Positions 23,301 to 33,197 of a DNA stretch of 64,000 bases are shown here, in pieces. The stretch is taken from contig NC_092354.1 in the NCBI RefSeq assembly GCF_963676685.1, positions 77,500,001-77,564,000 on the forward strand. The letters are read 5' to 3'. The notes below the pieces were generated by a model. The model had not been told where the DNA came from and ran no database searches. It worked only from the letters and a program-made list of their open reading frames with translations. This DNA comes from Mytilus edulis (taxonomy: Eukaryota). A program made the translations under genes and the position numbers. The first letter of the stretch is position 1. Each line of letters starts with the position of its first letter.

Positions 23301-24435
23301 TTTAAAAATCAACACTTTAGCATGTTTAGAATATCACTTTGATACAAATAGTTCTATTTAACATGTTTCACTTTCTCACATGTCTTTAAAACTCAAACAT
23401 GTTTTTAGTTTTATTTTGTAACATTTAACTTTAAAATTGGGGCCAATTTACTCCCCTCTAGACATTTATCAGTGCCTACACAAATCTCCATTAAAGGTGT
23501 AAAAACTTACATTACTTAGTTGAATAGTCCAAGATTACTCTGATGTCCAAAGGCTGTTTTGCCAATCAAGCTGGGGCCGTGGTTCCAAGGCCGTTAGTTG
23601 GCACCAGAACGGCAGAAGCGACAAAGCAGCGCATCTATTTTGGACTGGCAAATATCCACTTTTTGAAATGGGACGAGCTCTGACGTACCACGGACGCAGC
23701 TTGTTTGGCAAAACAGCCGTTGAACGTCAGAGTAATCTCTGACTATTACTATTAGTAAGGCCGTAGTTTTTTTATTTTTAGTTTTACGAACCCTCCTACC
23801 CTAATTTTTGCCAAATAGGAAAAAAAATAAAATCAAAAATGTTGATTTTTATTTTTTTTTCTCCTCCGACCCAGTGTTTTTCGTGCAAAAAAAAAAATTT
23901 TTAGTTCATAACTGCATGAAAGAATCTAAATTTATGCTCTTGGTGATTTAGTAAGTTGTTGCACATTGATTTTCAATTCAAACCTTGTCAAGAAAAAAAA
24001 AATAGTTGTTACACTAGTAGAAAATCTCCTGGTGAAATAAAAAAAAAAAAAATTTTGATATTGACGGTTGGTATTAAAAAAAAATCAGCAGCAGCAGCTT
24101 TTTTTTTTTTTTTTTCGTCCTCCTACCCATTGGTTTTGTCAAAAAATTTCGTAAAACTAAAAATATAATAACTATGGCCTAAGTTGAAGAAAGAAGGCAG
24201 AAATATTTTTTTTAGCCGATAGATCTATGTAAAGTTTAACCTGTAATAGATGGTGAGTGATTGCATCTAGCAACCTCTAGTATATAAAATGTATAAAACC
24301 TACAGAATTGAAGTAAACCAGAGAATTAAACTTTTACCTCTTGAGAGAATCTTTTGAATTATGAATTTCCTGATCATCGATGTGAATTGTTCCACTAAGA
24401 TCAATCAGAACAGTCTTTATTTTACTTCCTGACAT
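5275..24435 (-). CDS. HDHD2: Haloacid dehalogenase-like hydrolase domain-containing protein 2, 7 coding exons
   Basis: Exons 24338-24435, 14573-14781, 13210-13294, 12603-12685, 11335-11468, 9554-9617 and 5275-5378. All introns are GT-AG and phases are consistent. Protein motifs: [88 protein letters not shown], ending VIVNELL*. Confidence 0.95.
5396..8555 (-). mobile_element. Helentron-type non-autonomous element (HINE) carrying tandem repeats, in HDHD2 intron 6
   Basis: On the minus strand: 5' T-run + subTIR TATACGACCGCA with adjacent IR GGTCGTATA, (GTC)n microsatellite, array of ~155-160-bp units (gtggtcataaaccttgtg...gggcccttttt...aaaactcccaaaatc), 3' subTIR TGCGGTCGTATA, hairpin GCGCCCTGCGGAGCAC and T-run. 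Confidence 0.8.
7266..7752 (-). mobile_element. 5'-truncated Penelope-like retroelement 3' fragment nested in the HINE array
   Basis: The minus strand encodes [47 protein letters not shown] (resembles the C-terminus of PLE-type RT), followed by the high-copy tail (ggagcacctgagatcacccc...tatctttcgtccctctttt). CACAA occurs on both sides. Confidence 0.65.
9554..9617 (-). CDS. HDHD2: HDHD2 exon 6
   Basis: [22 protein letters not shown]; TTTCAG / CAG|GTAATA. Confidence 0.92.
9719..10938. repeat. 32-bp minisatellite, about 38 copies, HDHD2 intron 5
   Basis: Unit ttgattcactgtaataaagggcaggattaaca; nearly homogeneous, with local variants (gagta, gtat, gtta). Confidence 0.97.
11335..11468 (-). CDS. 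HDHD2: HDHD2 exon 5
   Basis: [44 protein letters not shown]; AACAG / GAT|GTAAGT. Confidence 0.93.
11863..12168 (-). mobile_element. Short pearl-like HINE copy
   Basis: Same core, microsatellite and terminal hairpin as 1505-1796. Confidence 0.65.
12603..12685 (-). CDS. HDHD2: HDHD2 exon 4
   Basis: [28 protein letters not shown]; TTACAG / G|GTATTT. Confidence 0.92.
13210..13294 (-). CDS. HDHD2: HDHD2 exon 3
   Basis: [29 protein letters not shown]; TTTTAG / AG|GTAGGT. Confidence 0.92.
13704..14442. mobile_element. Nested MITEs: outer degenerate TACYGTAAA-type MITE, inner AGGAGTAGGTCCAGTAAG-TIR MITE (13835-14371)
   Basis: Inner TIRs aaaggagtaggtccagtaag / cttactggacctactccttt are perfect 20-bp inverted repeats. 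Outer taccgtaaactcagaaatgattg / caataatttcaaaatttacagca is an imperfect inverted pair. Confidence 0.7.
14573..14781 (-). CDS. HDHD2: HDHD2 exon 2
   Basis: [21 protein letters not shown]...[10 protein letters not shown]; acceptor TTACAG, donor G|GTAAAT. Confidence 0.93.
14892..15714 (-). repeat. 3' LTR of the Gypsy element
   Basis: Direct repeat of 22081-22903, preceded on the minus strand by the polypurine tract at 15715-15730. Confidence 0.95.
16248..16390. repeat. ~40-bp tandem repeat (3-4 copies) in the Gypsy 3' UTR
   Basis: Unit ccaatctatgtggytatactctataatattytcakttata. Confidence 0.8.
16469..21358 (-). CDS. pol: Pol polyprotein (aspartic protease-RT-RNase H-integrase plus long C-terminal extension), 1629 aa
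   Basis: [13 protein letters not shown]; RT RLPFGM...VYIDDILI; RH LATDSSD; IN HHCC (YHD...GHQG...CEVC), DDE (WHMDI, LSDRG, ACERMN) and GPY motif. Domain order is Gypsy-type and the frame is uninterrupted. Confidence 0.96.
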   Translation of the reverse strand: MGKKRTKNIWCCKRSKCASLSTVTTREADIEFKSSLERNFMYLNIENSNQKCLIDSGATISCISQHLLRQLKPQADIQRSSIFSGVGVCGEVHPVLGKTILEIRFGEHKILQNFHIFETLHSKILLGLDFLVTHKVNLDFGKMTISVPNVTVKDSATLKGKENMVSTVTVPTFIDDNVQIAMATTVDLVEIQPQSEIIIPVHVGKFKHGTTVILEPKGNLSIEHQVAGGKTISTVLRGIASYRLMNPTNSTVYIPRRTKIAKAETIQSNRVTKFTEGSSAPINSLSETTGNQLCSELSELGFNLDNLELSVEQKQQIQNFLIQNRDIFAKDLSELGHTNLHYHTIYTGDAKPISAAPYRQSPQMRKELDKQLDEMERNNIIEESTSPWHSPVVLVKKRNGSIRVCVDYRALNRITEPMSAVIPTMTDIFDTLADSKPELFSSLDLTSGFWQVPLDQTTKHKSAFITHKGVYEFNRLPFGMMNSPLTFQCLMTKVLKDLNFKIALVYIDDILIFSKNFEDHLNHLQQVFSNLREANLKLNPEKCKFATRTIKYLGHVISKDGIRVNPENTEKVKDFSRPTTAKQVKSFLGMANYYRKFVKDYAHIAAPLTQLLKKDQRFKWTSECDIAFQNLKDRLTSAPILSFPHLDKPFILATDSSDFSNGYILSQIQNGLEHVIAYGGRQLRGSELKWHITDKEALALVEGVQHFKHYLANQEFTVYTDNISVKYLQKVKDCQGRLGRWSLLLQGYNFKIQHRAGSKNPADCLSRQKHLEINNSASYDSSELADHLGSIDIPKDYTEVTFIYKGENEDAVISSLQTATIDDVQLTNLAKEQETCGDFVHIIKYKQTGQVPQNPELARAVVAESFNFELEDGILKHFYSKRCKKVPKDERLVKQIAVPRNLRDSILKAYHDCILGGGHQGFERTYAAIRNKYFWSSMYKDINQYVKTCEVCQQSKRAFNSKPPPLQPQPTNDIFGRWHMDILSGLPTTKDKYKHVLLVVDSYSKWCEAFPLRSEEAGEVANVLYREIISRYGAPRTLLSDRGRNFVSNLVKALSELFNIKRHLTSSYHPQTNGACERMNSVILQALRAYTRDQQDDWYDVLPGILMAYRATPATQSTDYSPFFLLYGREMTLPIDTALIPKDRLAQDHKIFLSRILQNLETSRKIAAKNIKQAQERYKQQYDKKSKEPEFQPAQRVWLYCTKVPVGKAPKLHRKWSGPYYITRIGPNNTYKLRNCATNKEVVSMVNAQRMKPYYDPKDRPTNLPDEFQNDNEELNPEEIQDDNINDNDQLLPNNRQQPVPPINNAINRQQLPIPIINNNRPAQNQQQLPVGRINRQQQNQQPAQNSETNKRTVGPSGDSTVNAPVKDNKPWCQDCKNNKCKAFKEEEIQQVLSSVRGNGTLYYKLKFTNKSRNTDWYFPCKVPEKLVREFHAQRTMSGKKRKRPLQQNKHKFFTKPDPAVNSVQYISTKVKADISTQTETINEQNQEDENQQLLAVKIVNNRPYFLIKSGNTTKYESMTSAPNIARQVLIDHKERFKQALLQQDIQYAMEKRLGKENQRDCSFQIASDGKIHEIRYNIDGTTEYLSGYRNPVIAPEWDTFDSLSNASINNFINVLEQQYKIEISMRRR
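22081..22903 (-). repeat. 5' LTR of the Gypsy element
   Basis: Direct repeat of 14892-15714, followed on the minus strand by GATT-TGGTGGCGGGCCC (PBS-like). Confidence 0.95.
23525..23745. mobile_element. MITE with long TAGTC-initiated imperfect TIRs (Academ-like termini)
   Basis: tagtccaagattactctgatgtccaaaggctgttttgccaatcaagctg / cagcttgtttggcaaaacagccgttgaacgtcagagtaatctctgacta. A solo TIR fragment lies at 1185-1222. Confidence 0.7.
23759..24179. mobile_element. PIF/Harbinger-type MITE
   Basis: TIRs ggccgtagttttttatttttagttttacgaa / ttcgtaaaactaaaaatataataactatggcc; TAA TSD at 23756-23758 and 24180-24182. Confidence 0.75.
24338..24435 (-). CDS. HDHD2: HDHD2 exon 1 (ATG)
   Basis: [32 protein letters not shown]; donor AG|GTAAAA. 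Confidence 0.9.
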
Positions 24436-25347
24436 CGTCCTAATACATTTGTTTGTCTTTATCGAACCAAATTTGATACATTTCTTCAACAAGAACATGT
24501 GAACAGTTCTGTCCTTGTCAAAATGAAAGTGAAAGTAAAAGTATGAAAGATGCCGGAACAACGACGGAGCGACTAAGGAATATCCGTGTATTGAACTCAC
24601 TAACATTGTTCTGAAAACATCCACTCATATAATACACAAATAAAGACACTCACTGACCATCTATCCTGTCTATTATATAGGGGTTCTGGAGTTTATTACA
24701 ATACAAATGAAAAAAGAACTATTAATACGGAGACAAGAAGAAGAAGAAGATTAAGTTTTCATATTCTAACCATTAAAGAAAGAAAACAAGAATAACTTGC
24801 ATATATTTTCAAGAACATGATTATAACAATATTTCTTAAACTTGAATAATCATCCACATTCAGTCAGTCATTTTTTTGTTTATTGTGAATTGTAAATTAT
24901 TCCATACCTTCGTTGCAGGATAATGAAAATATTTGTTTTTAAAATATTTAAACAAAAATGTACTTGGTTTGTATGAATGTAAGAACAGGTCACCGGCGGA
25001 AAAAAGTCATGGATAAAAATGAACATAAACCAAGTCGTCCGAGATTAGATTATTCGCTTTTTGCCATTTCACAATCCATAATTCATAAAATTTTTAAATC
25101 AGATCATAGATACTAAATCTTCAGAAGTGGGCAGACCAGTAATTGACAAACGCAATAAGTACAAAAATGCGAAAAACGCAAAATCGCCCCGAAAACTCAA
25201 AATTGATTCGTTTACCTTCTTACATGTATGAATACTACAGTCGTGAAGTTAGTCGTTATCTAAGTATATATATTACATGTTTAACTTTAAAGTTCGTTGT
25301 ACTAAAAAAAACACCTCATTTTATAGGCAAATAATGAATTGGTGTGT

Positions 25348-25488
25348 CTGTTCCAGACCATATGAGTATTTGGACCGTACGCGTACGATCCGGACCGTGT
25401 ACGTATACTCGTACGGTCCGACCATACGCGTACCGTCGGACCGTATGAGAATACGCGTATACGGTCCAGTACGAGCTTGACCATACAG
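25348..25488. mobile_element. CpG-rich nested-palindrome end of a DNA transposon (one end only)
   Basis: ctgttccagaccatatgagtatttggaccgtacgcgtacg... with repeated gaccgtacgcgtacggtc-type palindromes. No partner TIR seen in the window. Confidence 0.5.
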
Positions 25489-26750
25489 TCATGTGATTGG
25501 ATCATATGGGTAATATAGTTTAACAATTTATCACAATGATCTTTATTTTTAGTTTTACAAATTGTTATTATTACAATCAGATGGATAAACTGTACAAACG
25601 AACAATTGAAATTAAACATTTGTTTAATTGTATATCTGAAACTTATTTTGGTACACTAGCCCAAGGTGACACTTGCTACAACAAGTAACTTAATATTTTT
25701 TACTTTAAAAATGTACATGTTTGCAGTTCATGCATGTTTCTTTGCATTTGCATTTTTTTGTAAAGTTGCTACACATTCCAAAACAACTGTCCTCCTATAT
25801 TATGTTTACTTCAGATATCTTTAATTTCAGTGATCATAATTCAATTAATGTAACTGATCGACATGCAAAATACAAGAGATTTAACAGAGTTGATTAAGCG
25901 TGATTTTTTTTTTTAAATACATGTAGTTAGAATATAAAGTTTTTATTTCAATTACAATTGAACTTTTTTTATATTAATTTGAGAGTTAAGTTATGGTGAT
26001 CTATTATAACAAAAAGTTGATTGATAATCGTGTACTGTATCTTGGTTTGCTAACTGTTCTTTTCCCTTAGCCTCTCGACACACGAACTACATGTGTGAGA
26101 GCTGATGTAGGGATCTTTTCATGTTGTGGGGGAAACTAGCTGTGACAATGCCTATGATGGTACATGGCATTGCTGCCGATATAGAGGCAGGCCGGGATCG
26201 ACTGACACCTAGAATATCAAGAAACTCGCTATTTATTCAATAAACAAAACATCAAAGTAATTACAATATATTAATTTCAAAGTACAATTTCAAAGATAAA
26301 ATAAGTTGAAAACAATAATAAAATACTACTTCAAGTTCAGTACCAAATAATAACAATAATACTTACTGTTAAAATAAACCTCTGAATTAAAATATTAGTT
26401 ACTTATAAACTTCTTTTTTTTCAAAATAAAATTAAAAGAAAAATAATTTTGAATTTAAATTATTTTCAAAACCAAGAGTCTTACCTAGAATATCAAGAAA
26501 CTCGCTATTGATATTATAGCTGCTTGATCAGTTTATATACTAAGTTCTGAATGTCCTAGTAACCCTTAACTGACTGTAACACACAAAAGAATTTATGGTT
26601 TATGAGTTATCGACAAAATGTATAATACACAAATAAAGTTGCTGACGTAGGTTGACCGTTGTCCGAACTTTTAATATGTTTAATTAAACTTTGCTAGACA
26701 TATTCATCGAAGGTCTATTTGGCCACAGGTGAAGTTTTATTGTACAGATA

Positions 26751-29551
26751 CACGGGTGTCATTCGGTTTATCGAGAGAAATGATCGTGAAAGAATATCTA
26801 ACGGCGGTCAAGTATTGAGAGACGATCGTGAAAGTTCTGGTAACGGATCGTGAAAGACATTTAATGTACATTCTAGTTCAGAATTTTTGAAAAAAATCGC
26901 TTAATTTTCAAAACGCGGAACAAATCCGAACAAAAAAATATGTCTGTCAAAATGGTTTAACTTCCTCAACATAACTGTGAAATAAGATAGAGAAAATATG
27001 CAGTACTTTATGAAAAAACAAAAAAGGCGCAATGCATGTCTATGAAATTAATTACAAATAACACGCTTTTTGTACCTATAATGGTCATATTTCAGTTTAT
27101 CGTGATATATTTGAAATTTAATCTTTGGTGTATCTGATAGTACAGTAAAATTAAGGTATGGTCTTCTCTTAAAAGCATAAATGTGTATATGAAAACCTTG
27201 AATTTGTTGAATATCCATCAAACTTGATCGTGAAAGATCAGGCAACGCATTATTTTGATCGTGAAAGATAATGCGTGACCAGACTTATTACTAGTTTACC
27301 ATTTGATAAACCTGCAACTGGTGGAAGCCTGTAACTATTTTGATAAGGATGAACATTAAAGCTATTTTTTTTTATTCAACACTTTTCCTAGAAAGTTAAA
27401 AAAAAAAAACAACTAAAAACGTCTCTAAATAAGTTTGAAAGATTAAGGTCTGAGAATTGGTCAAGTGCAATTCAGGCAGACCGACACTATTTAGCCAATA
27501 ATATGGATATGCAACATTTAAACCAAAATAATATCTATCAAACAAAAAAATACAGCAAAACAGTATCTTTCATGAGTAATTTGAGATTGAACGATAACAA
27601 CATTTTGTGCAACAGTACTTTCTTAAGTTCTGTATATACAACGCAGATGTGGATTGATTTAACTATATACTACAGACTATAGAATACCAGAGCGCAAATG
27701 CTGTAATGTCTCGTCTGCTTTATAACTTATGATAGTTAATTTTTGGAACGTCTATAATATGAAGGGTTTTACTAGAAGTGTAAAATGCGCTTAATGTGCT
27801 TAATATATTTGTGTTCATCTGATGAGTTAAGCCTTTTCAATTGATTTTTATAGTTCGTTCTTATGTTGTACTGTTATACCACGGTCTCAGGTTAGGGAGA
27901 GGGTTGGGATCCCGTTAACATGTCTAACCCCGCCACATTATTTATGCATGTGCCTGTCAAAAGTCAGAAGCCTGCAATTCAGTGGTTGTCGTTTGTTTAT
28001 GTGTTACATATTTGTTTTTCGTTCATTTCTTTTATACAAATAAGGCCGTTAGTTTTCTCGTTTGAATTGTGTTACATTGTCATATCGGGACCTTTTATAG
28101 CTGACTATGCGGTATGGGCTTTGCTCATTGTTGAAGGCCGTACGGTGACCTATAGTTGTTAATGTCTGTGTCATTTTGGTCTCTTTGGCAATCATACCAC
28201 ATCTTCTTTTTTTTTAAATCATAATTGTCAATGGTTCATAAAAGGAGTGCAAGGTCAGATGAACCATGACGTACAGATCTCTACAAACATACTGTAGACC
28301 AAATAAATGTGTTCCGATCCTTACAGTGCCTTAGAAACTGACAAATGTGAAAGTTATGCTTGGCCAATTAATTCGAAACATAAGGTCAAAAGTATATGAA
28401 CCCTGACCGACAGCCAGACATAGACATCTTACTATCATTCAATATATCAAATACAATTGACGTCATCATGTTCATATATGAAACATGCAGACAGACATGT
28501 ACACCATACACGAAATACCATGCCCCTATAGCATACAGGTATATATCCAAAAGGCTAGACAACATAAAACGAGCATTGCCGAATGATGCATGATAATGAG
28601 TTCGATGTTATTTGAAACCTTGCAGAAGTCGAAAATGTACACCTCACAATCATAACAACAGTTATCCTAAAGCTTAACGAATCCGCGGTACGAACTTGAC
28701 CACACAAATGAATCTTCATCCATGAAATAAGGCAAATTCGGGGTCAGGTGATACCTGTCTGACGGACATGTAGTTTATAGGATCCAATATACAAAATGTG
28801 GGTATCCTATAACTCGTGATAAGTGAGTACTTCACAGGACAATAAAAAGCTTCATCCTACAATCATCCAACTATTTTACATTTCATTTTCTGAAATATTA
28901 ATACCTTGAAAAGCTTAAACCTATTGAGGATGTTGACCTATATAGCTTTTCTCAATACCAATAACAAATATTAAGTATGATATAATTGAAGAATAATTTG
29001 AACGTCTTCGTAGCATCAGATCTTTCACGATCCTTTTCACGATCTTCAAAAATGCGGTACGTGATCTTTCACGATCCGAAAAATCATTTTTTGTGTAAAT
29101 AGTTCTTTATTTACCAAGTTTCAGATTATGTTTATACAAAATAACTTTGAGAACCATTTGATTTATTCAAATAGAATGCCCTTATTCGTATTAAAGTAGT
29201 TTTTCTAGTCGAATTTGTGAAAAAATCATGTTTGTTTACATTTTTTATGCCAGTGAAATGTCGAGAAGCAATCTGCCTTTTGTTGTTTTGTAATAACTAT
29301 GTACTTTTAAAACTGGATATTCTCACATACTGATCATAATGTTGAACCATTTTGACAGACAGTTTTATTTTGTCGTAAATTTGTCTGTGTAATTAATTAA
29401 ATTAGAATATGTATTGACCTTTCATATGTCTTCTCGATTAAATATCTTTCACGATCCGTTACCAGAACTTTCACGATCGTCTCTCAATACTTGACCGCCG
29501 TTAGATATTCTTTCACGATCATTTCTCTCGATAAACCGAATGACACCCGTG
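26751..29551. mobile_element. Non-autonomous TIR DNA transposon with CAC...GTG termini and a 5-bp TSD (Transib/RAG-like signature)
   Basis: 107-bp perfect TIRs (about 115 bp with 1 mismatch) starting CACGGGTGTCATTCGG; TSD AGATA at 26746-26750 and 29552-29556; repeated GATCGTGAAAG motifs; no transposase ORF. Confidence 0.9.
27808..28213 (+). mobile_element. Nin/Deu-domain SINE nested in the TIR element
   Basis: gttgggatcccgttaacatgtctaaccccgccacatt...gtgcctgtc..aagtcag.agcctg core plus the common 3' tail. A second copy lies at 52353-52780 (-). Confidence 0.75.
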
Positions 29552-29777
29552 AGATACGTTTAATAGTTTACGAGAGTACTTATTTGAAATATCCTAAGCT
29601 TTGATAATGTATAGAACAGTTTCAATTCTTTTATTACTTTGAGCAAATGATGCTCATCAGTACAAATATAATATATATATGCAAATACAATATATCATAA
29701 ATAAATACACAAAACATACATAACTGATAAATGAATACATCCGAGAAGAGTAATAATCTATATTAAGTATTGGTAAC

Positions 29778-32700
29778 TTATAACATGTCTGTTCTTCGTT
29801 TAAATGCATGGAAAAGATATTTACAAAGGTTACATATGTCTTTTACATTTTCTGTGCCCAACAACTGTATAAGTTTAAATGACGATGGACGCTTATAATA
29901 ATATGGCTTAATATACTGCCTCCTAATTTCATTATAACAATCACACTGTAAAATAAAATGAAACTCGTCTTCTATCGTATTTAAAGTACAGAGAGTGCAT
30001 TTTCTTTCTGATCTATTAACCCCGTGATATCGTCCTGTTTCAACAAATAAGTTATGTGAAGACAATCTTATTCTAGTTAGATACACTCTAAAATTCACAT
30101 GTTTAGTAAGGTAAAATTGTAAACAAACATTATTTACACAGTATTTATATAAAAAACACTTTGGCGAGCCATCCAATAATTGATTCAAATATTGATAAGC
30201 TTGATCAAATATTCTAGTTTTGACAAAATACTTAAGAGTGTCATTTACAACTAAATTATCTTGGTTATACCAGAAGTCATTCAGACCCAAATTAAACAAT
30301 AAATACTTCAGTTGATAAATCCAACTATTTCTGTTATTACATTGATTCCGTACCTGCTCTTTGTAACAATTTTCAAGAATACAATTAGTAGTTGATAAAA
30401 GTTTAAACCAGTATCTTATAATATTATACAATCTATAATATATCAAAGGATATCTACCAAGTTCATAATACACCATTACATTCGTTGTACATTGTTTGAC
30501 ACCTAAAATATTTTTGCAAAAATCTAACTGAACTTTTTCAATATTCGGAGCTTTATGAAAGCCCCATATCTCACTGCCATAGCATAAAATACTACTTATA
30601 TATGTATCAAACAAATTAAGGTACGTGAAAACATTCAAATATAAGGATGACACTTTTGATTTCAAGGCAAATACAGCTTTCCTGCCTTGCTCAGCTAATT
30701 GTTTTTGAGTTTTCAAAAATTTCCGTTATAATTCAACAGAATACCTAAATAACAAAATTCATCAACAATGTCAATAACACTACCATCAAAATACCACTTT
30801 TCTTCAACCCTCACATTACCACCATTTCTAAATACCATAATTTTTGTTTTAGCATTGTTCACAGTTAAACCCCATTTTTGAGTGTACAATAAAAGTGTGT
30901 CCAACATATCTTGTAAACCTTTTACAGAATCAGAAAAAAGTATCATATCATCGGCATACATAAGCAAAAATAGAGACAGTTCTTGTACTTCATACGGTAC
31001 ATTATCGTTATTTAAAAATTCCATTTCAAAATCGTTCACGTACAATGAAAAAAGGATTGGAGAGAGTACTTCCCCTTGCATTAAGCCAACTGTACTCGTG
31101 AACTGCTCTGAATAAAAACCATCAATTCGTACACATGATTTTACATTTGAATACATTGATTTTAGTAATGATAAAAGTTTCCCTGTTATACCAATTTTTG
31201 ACAATTTCAACCATAAATTCAGTCTACATATTGTATCAAACGCCTGTTTGTAGTCTACAAAACAGCAATACAAACGATTCTTACTGGAGAGTGTTTTTTG
31301 AATGACAGTTAATAAACTAAACATCGCATCAACTGTACTGCTGCCCGGACGAAATCCAAACTGTGCATCAGTTATAATGTCATAGGTATCGGACCAAAGT
31401 AATAATCTCATATTCATAATGGAAGTGAACAATTTGGCCAAATTACTAACCAAACTTATGCCGCGATAGTTTACAGGATCAGACGGATCGCCTTTTTTAA
31501 AAACTGGAACAAGTATCGCAACTGTCCATGTTGTCGGAAAGTAACCAGAAGACAATACCCTGTTGAACATTTCCTCTAAGAACGGAATCAGCACATCCTT
31601 ATATTCAATTAACATTTCGTTCAGAATTCCGTCAATTCCATGACTTTTCCCACGTTTCAATTTGGAAATACATTTCAAAATTTCGTCCTGCGTGATAACA
31701 CGGTCAAGTTCTTCGTATGTAGTGTCTTGTATACTCTGTGTGTCATTGACTATTGGAGTGTTACTTGATGATATCTCTTTAAAATGTTCAAAAAATGACG
31801 AAAGAGGCACTTCTGTATTCTTAGCGCGCTTCTTTTGGAACATTCTATAAAACTTTTTAGGGTCGCTTTTACGTAGATGCTCAAGCATGTCCCCTTCTTG
31901 ATGTTTATACTGCCGTTTTAACTTATTTTCGAACACTTTGTATTGTCTCTTCGTAGAGATAAGTCTCTGATGATTTTCTGCTATTTTGTTCTTATTAAAT
32001 ATATTTAACGCACTTAAATAAACATGACGAAGACTTCTACACTCACAATTGAACCATGGCTTATCAGTAGTTTTACATACAAATTTTCGGCTCGTACGTT
32101 GACAGTCAATAGATTTATTACTGGTACTTCTAAAAAATGGAGCAACAATATCCGTTAACCGAGTAGTAAAAGTTTCAATATAATTGTCAATACCATCTTG
32201 CGATTTTTTAGCATCACAAAAAGCTATTTGGCTGAGTAACCCACTATTCAAAATTAAGGATTCGTAACACTGTTCTTTTAAGTCATCGTTCCACCGAAAA
32301 CTGTCAAATGTACTTGAAGATACATTAAGGTTTTGTTGTTCATGTGTATAAGACAGCGCTTTGCATTGTAGACGAATGTGGAGAGGCGCATGATCACTGA
32401 ACGAAGTAAAGTTACTAACTATAAACTGTTCAACAATGTGAAAATAGTCAAACGGTACTATCAGGTAATCAACGACACTCATACCCCGCGAACCACAAAA
32501 AGTAAAATCGTTTGCCGTTCCGTCTTTGTGTCGACCATTCACAATTCGAAGTCCAGTACTTCTACACAAATTTAACAGTTTTGTTCCGTACTCATTAGTA
32601 CCTTGATCAGGGTTCCTTCGAACAGGTAGATTATTGTCACTCATGTAGTTAAAAATGTGATTGAAATCGTCAAAAATTGATCCATACAAACTATCATGTT

Positions 32701-33187
32701 TAATAAAATCATTACCTATTGCAGTTCTAGCATTCATATCACCTAATAAAAATACCTTAGAAGACTCAGTTGAATATTTTTCAACATAATTAATCAGTTC
32801 ATAAAATATATCACATTCATACATTTTATAATAATTTGAGCTAATTGGTGGTAAATAGACACAACCAACATAATAATCTTGACCACAAATTGTCACATCT
32901 TTTGATACTTGTAACCATATAATTGTATCATGGAGAACTTTAACAACTTTCATAAAGTTAGAAAAACAGTTTTTAATCATGTGAAAAATACCTCCTCCCT
33001 GTTTATATTTACTTTTTAATAAAGGAACGGCTTTACATGTAAAACCATCTATAACATTTTCATATGCATTATCAATCCAACACTCAGATAAAATAATTAC
33101 ATCATAAGAAGAAATATAATTTAAAAAGTTAGGCTCAGACAGTTTGTCATGTAGACCCCCATTAATGTTCCAATACAGAAATGACAA
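29778..33187 (-). pseudogene. LINE ORF2 (AP endonuclease-reverse transcriptase-zinc knuckle) with one -1 frameshift
   Basis: EN: WNING, ILSECW, LGDMNAR, VVDY, SDHAPL. RT: NYRGISL, VDYKQAFD, GLMQGEVLSP, YADD. After the frameshift at about 30715: YGSEIWG, ELGRYP, RLSSHNL..ETGRY, CTLC..EDEFHFILQC. Confidence 0.9.
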
Positions 33188-33197
33188 TGATGAAATC

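Noticed and set aside
27815-27850. CTGATGAG in the SINE head as a hammerhead core
   Set aside because: Lacks the downstream GAAA and closing stems.
29632-29662. CTGATGAGCATCATTTGCTCAAAG (- strand) as a hammerhead ribozyme
   Set aside because: No GAAA after the stem and no stem I or III; better explained as the LINE 3' UTR hairpin before AATAAA.
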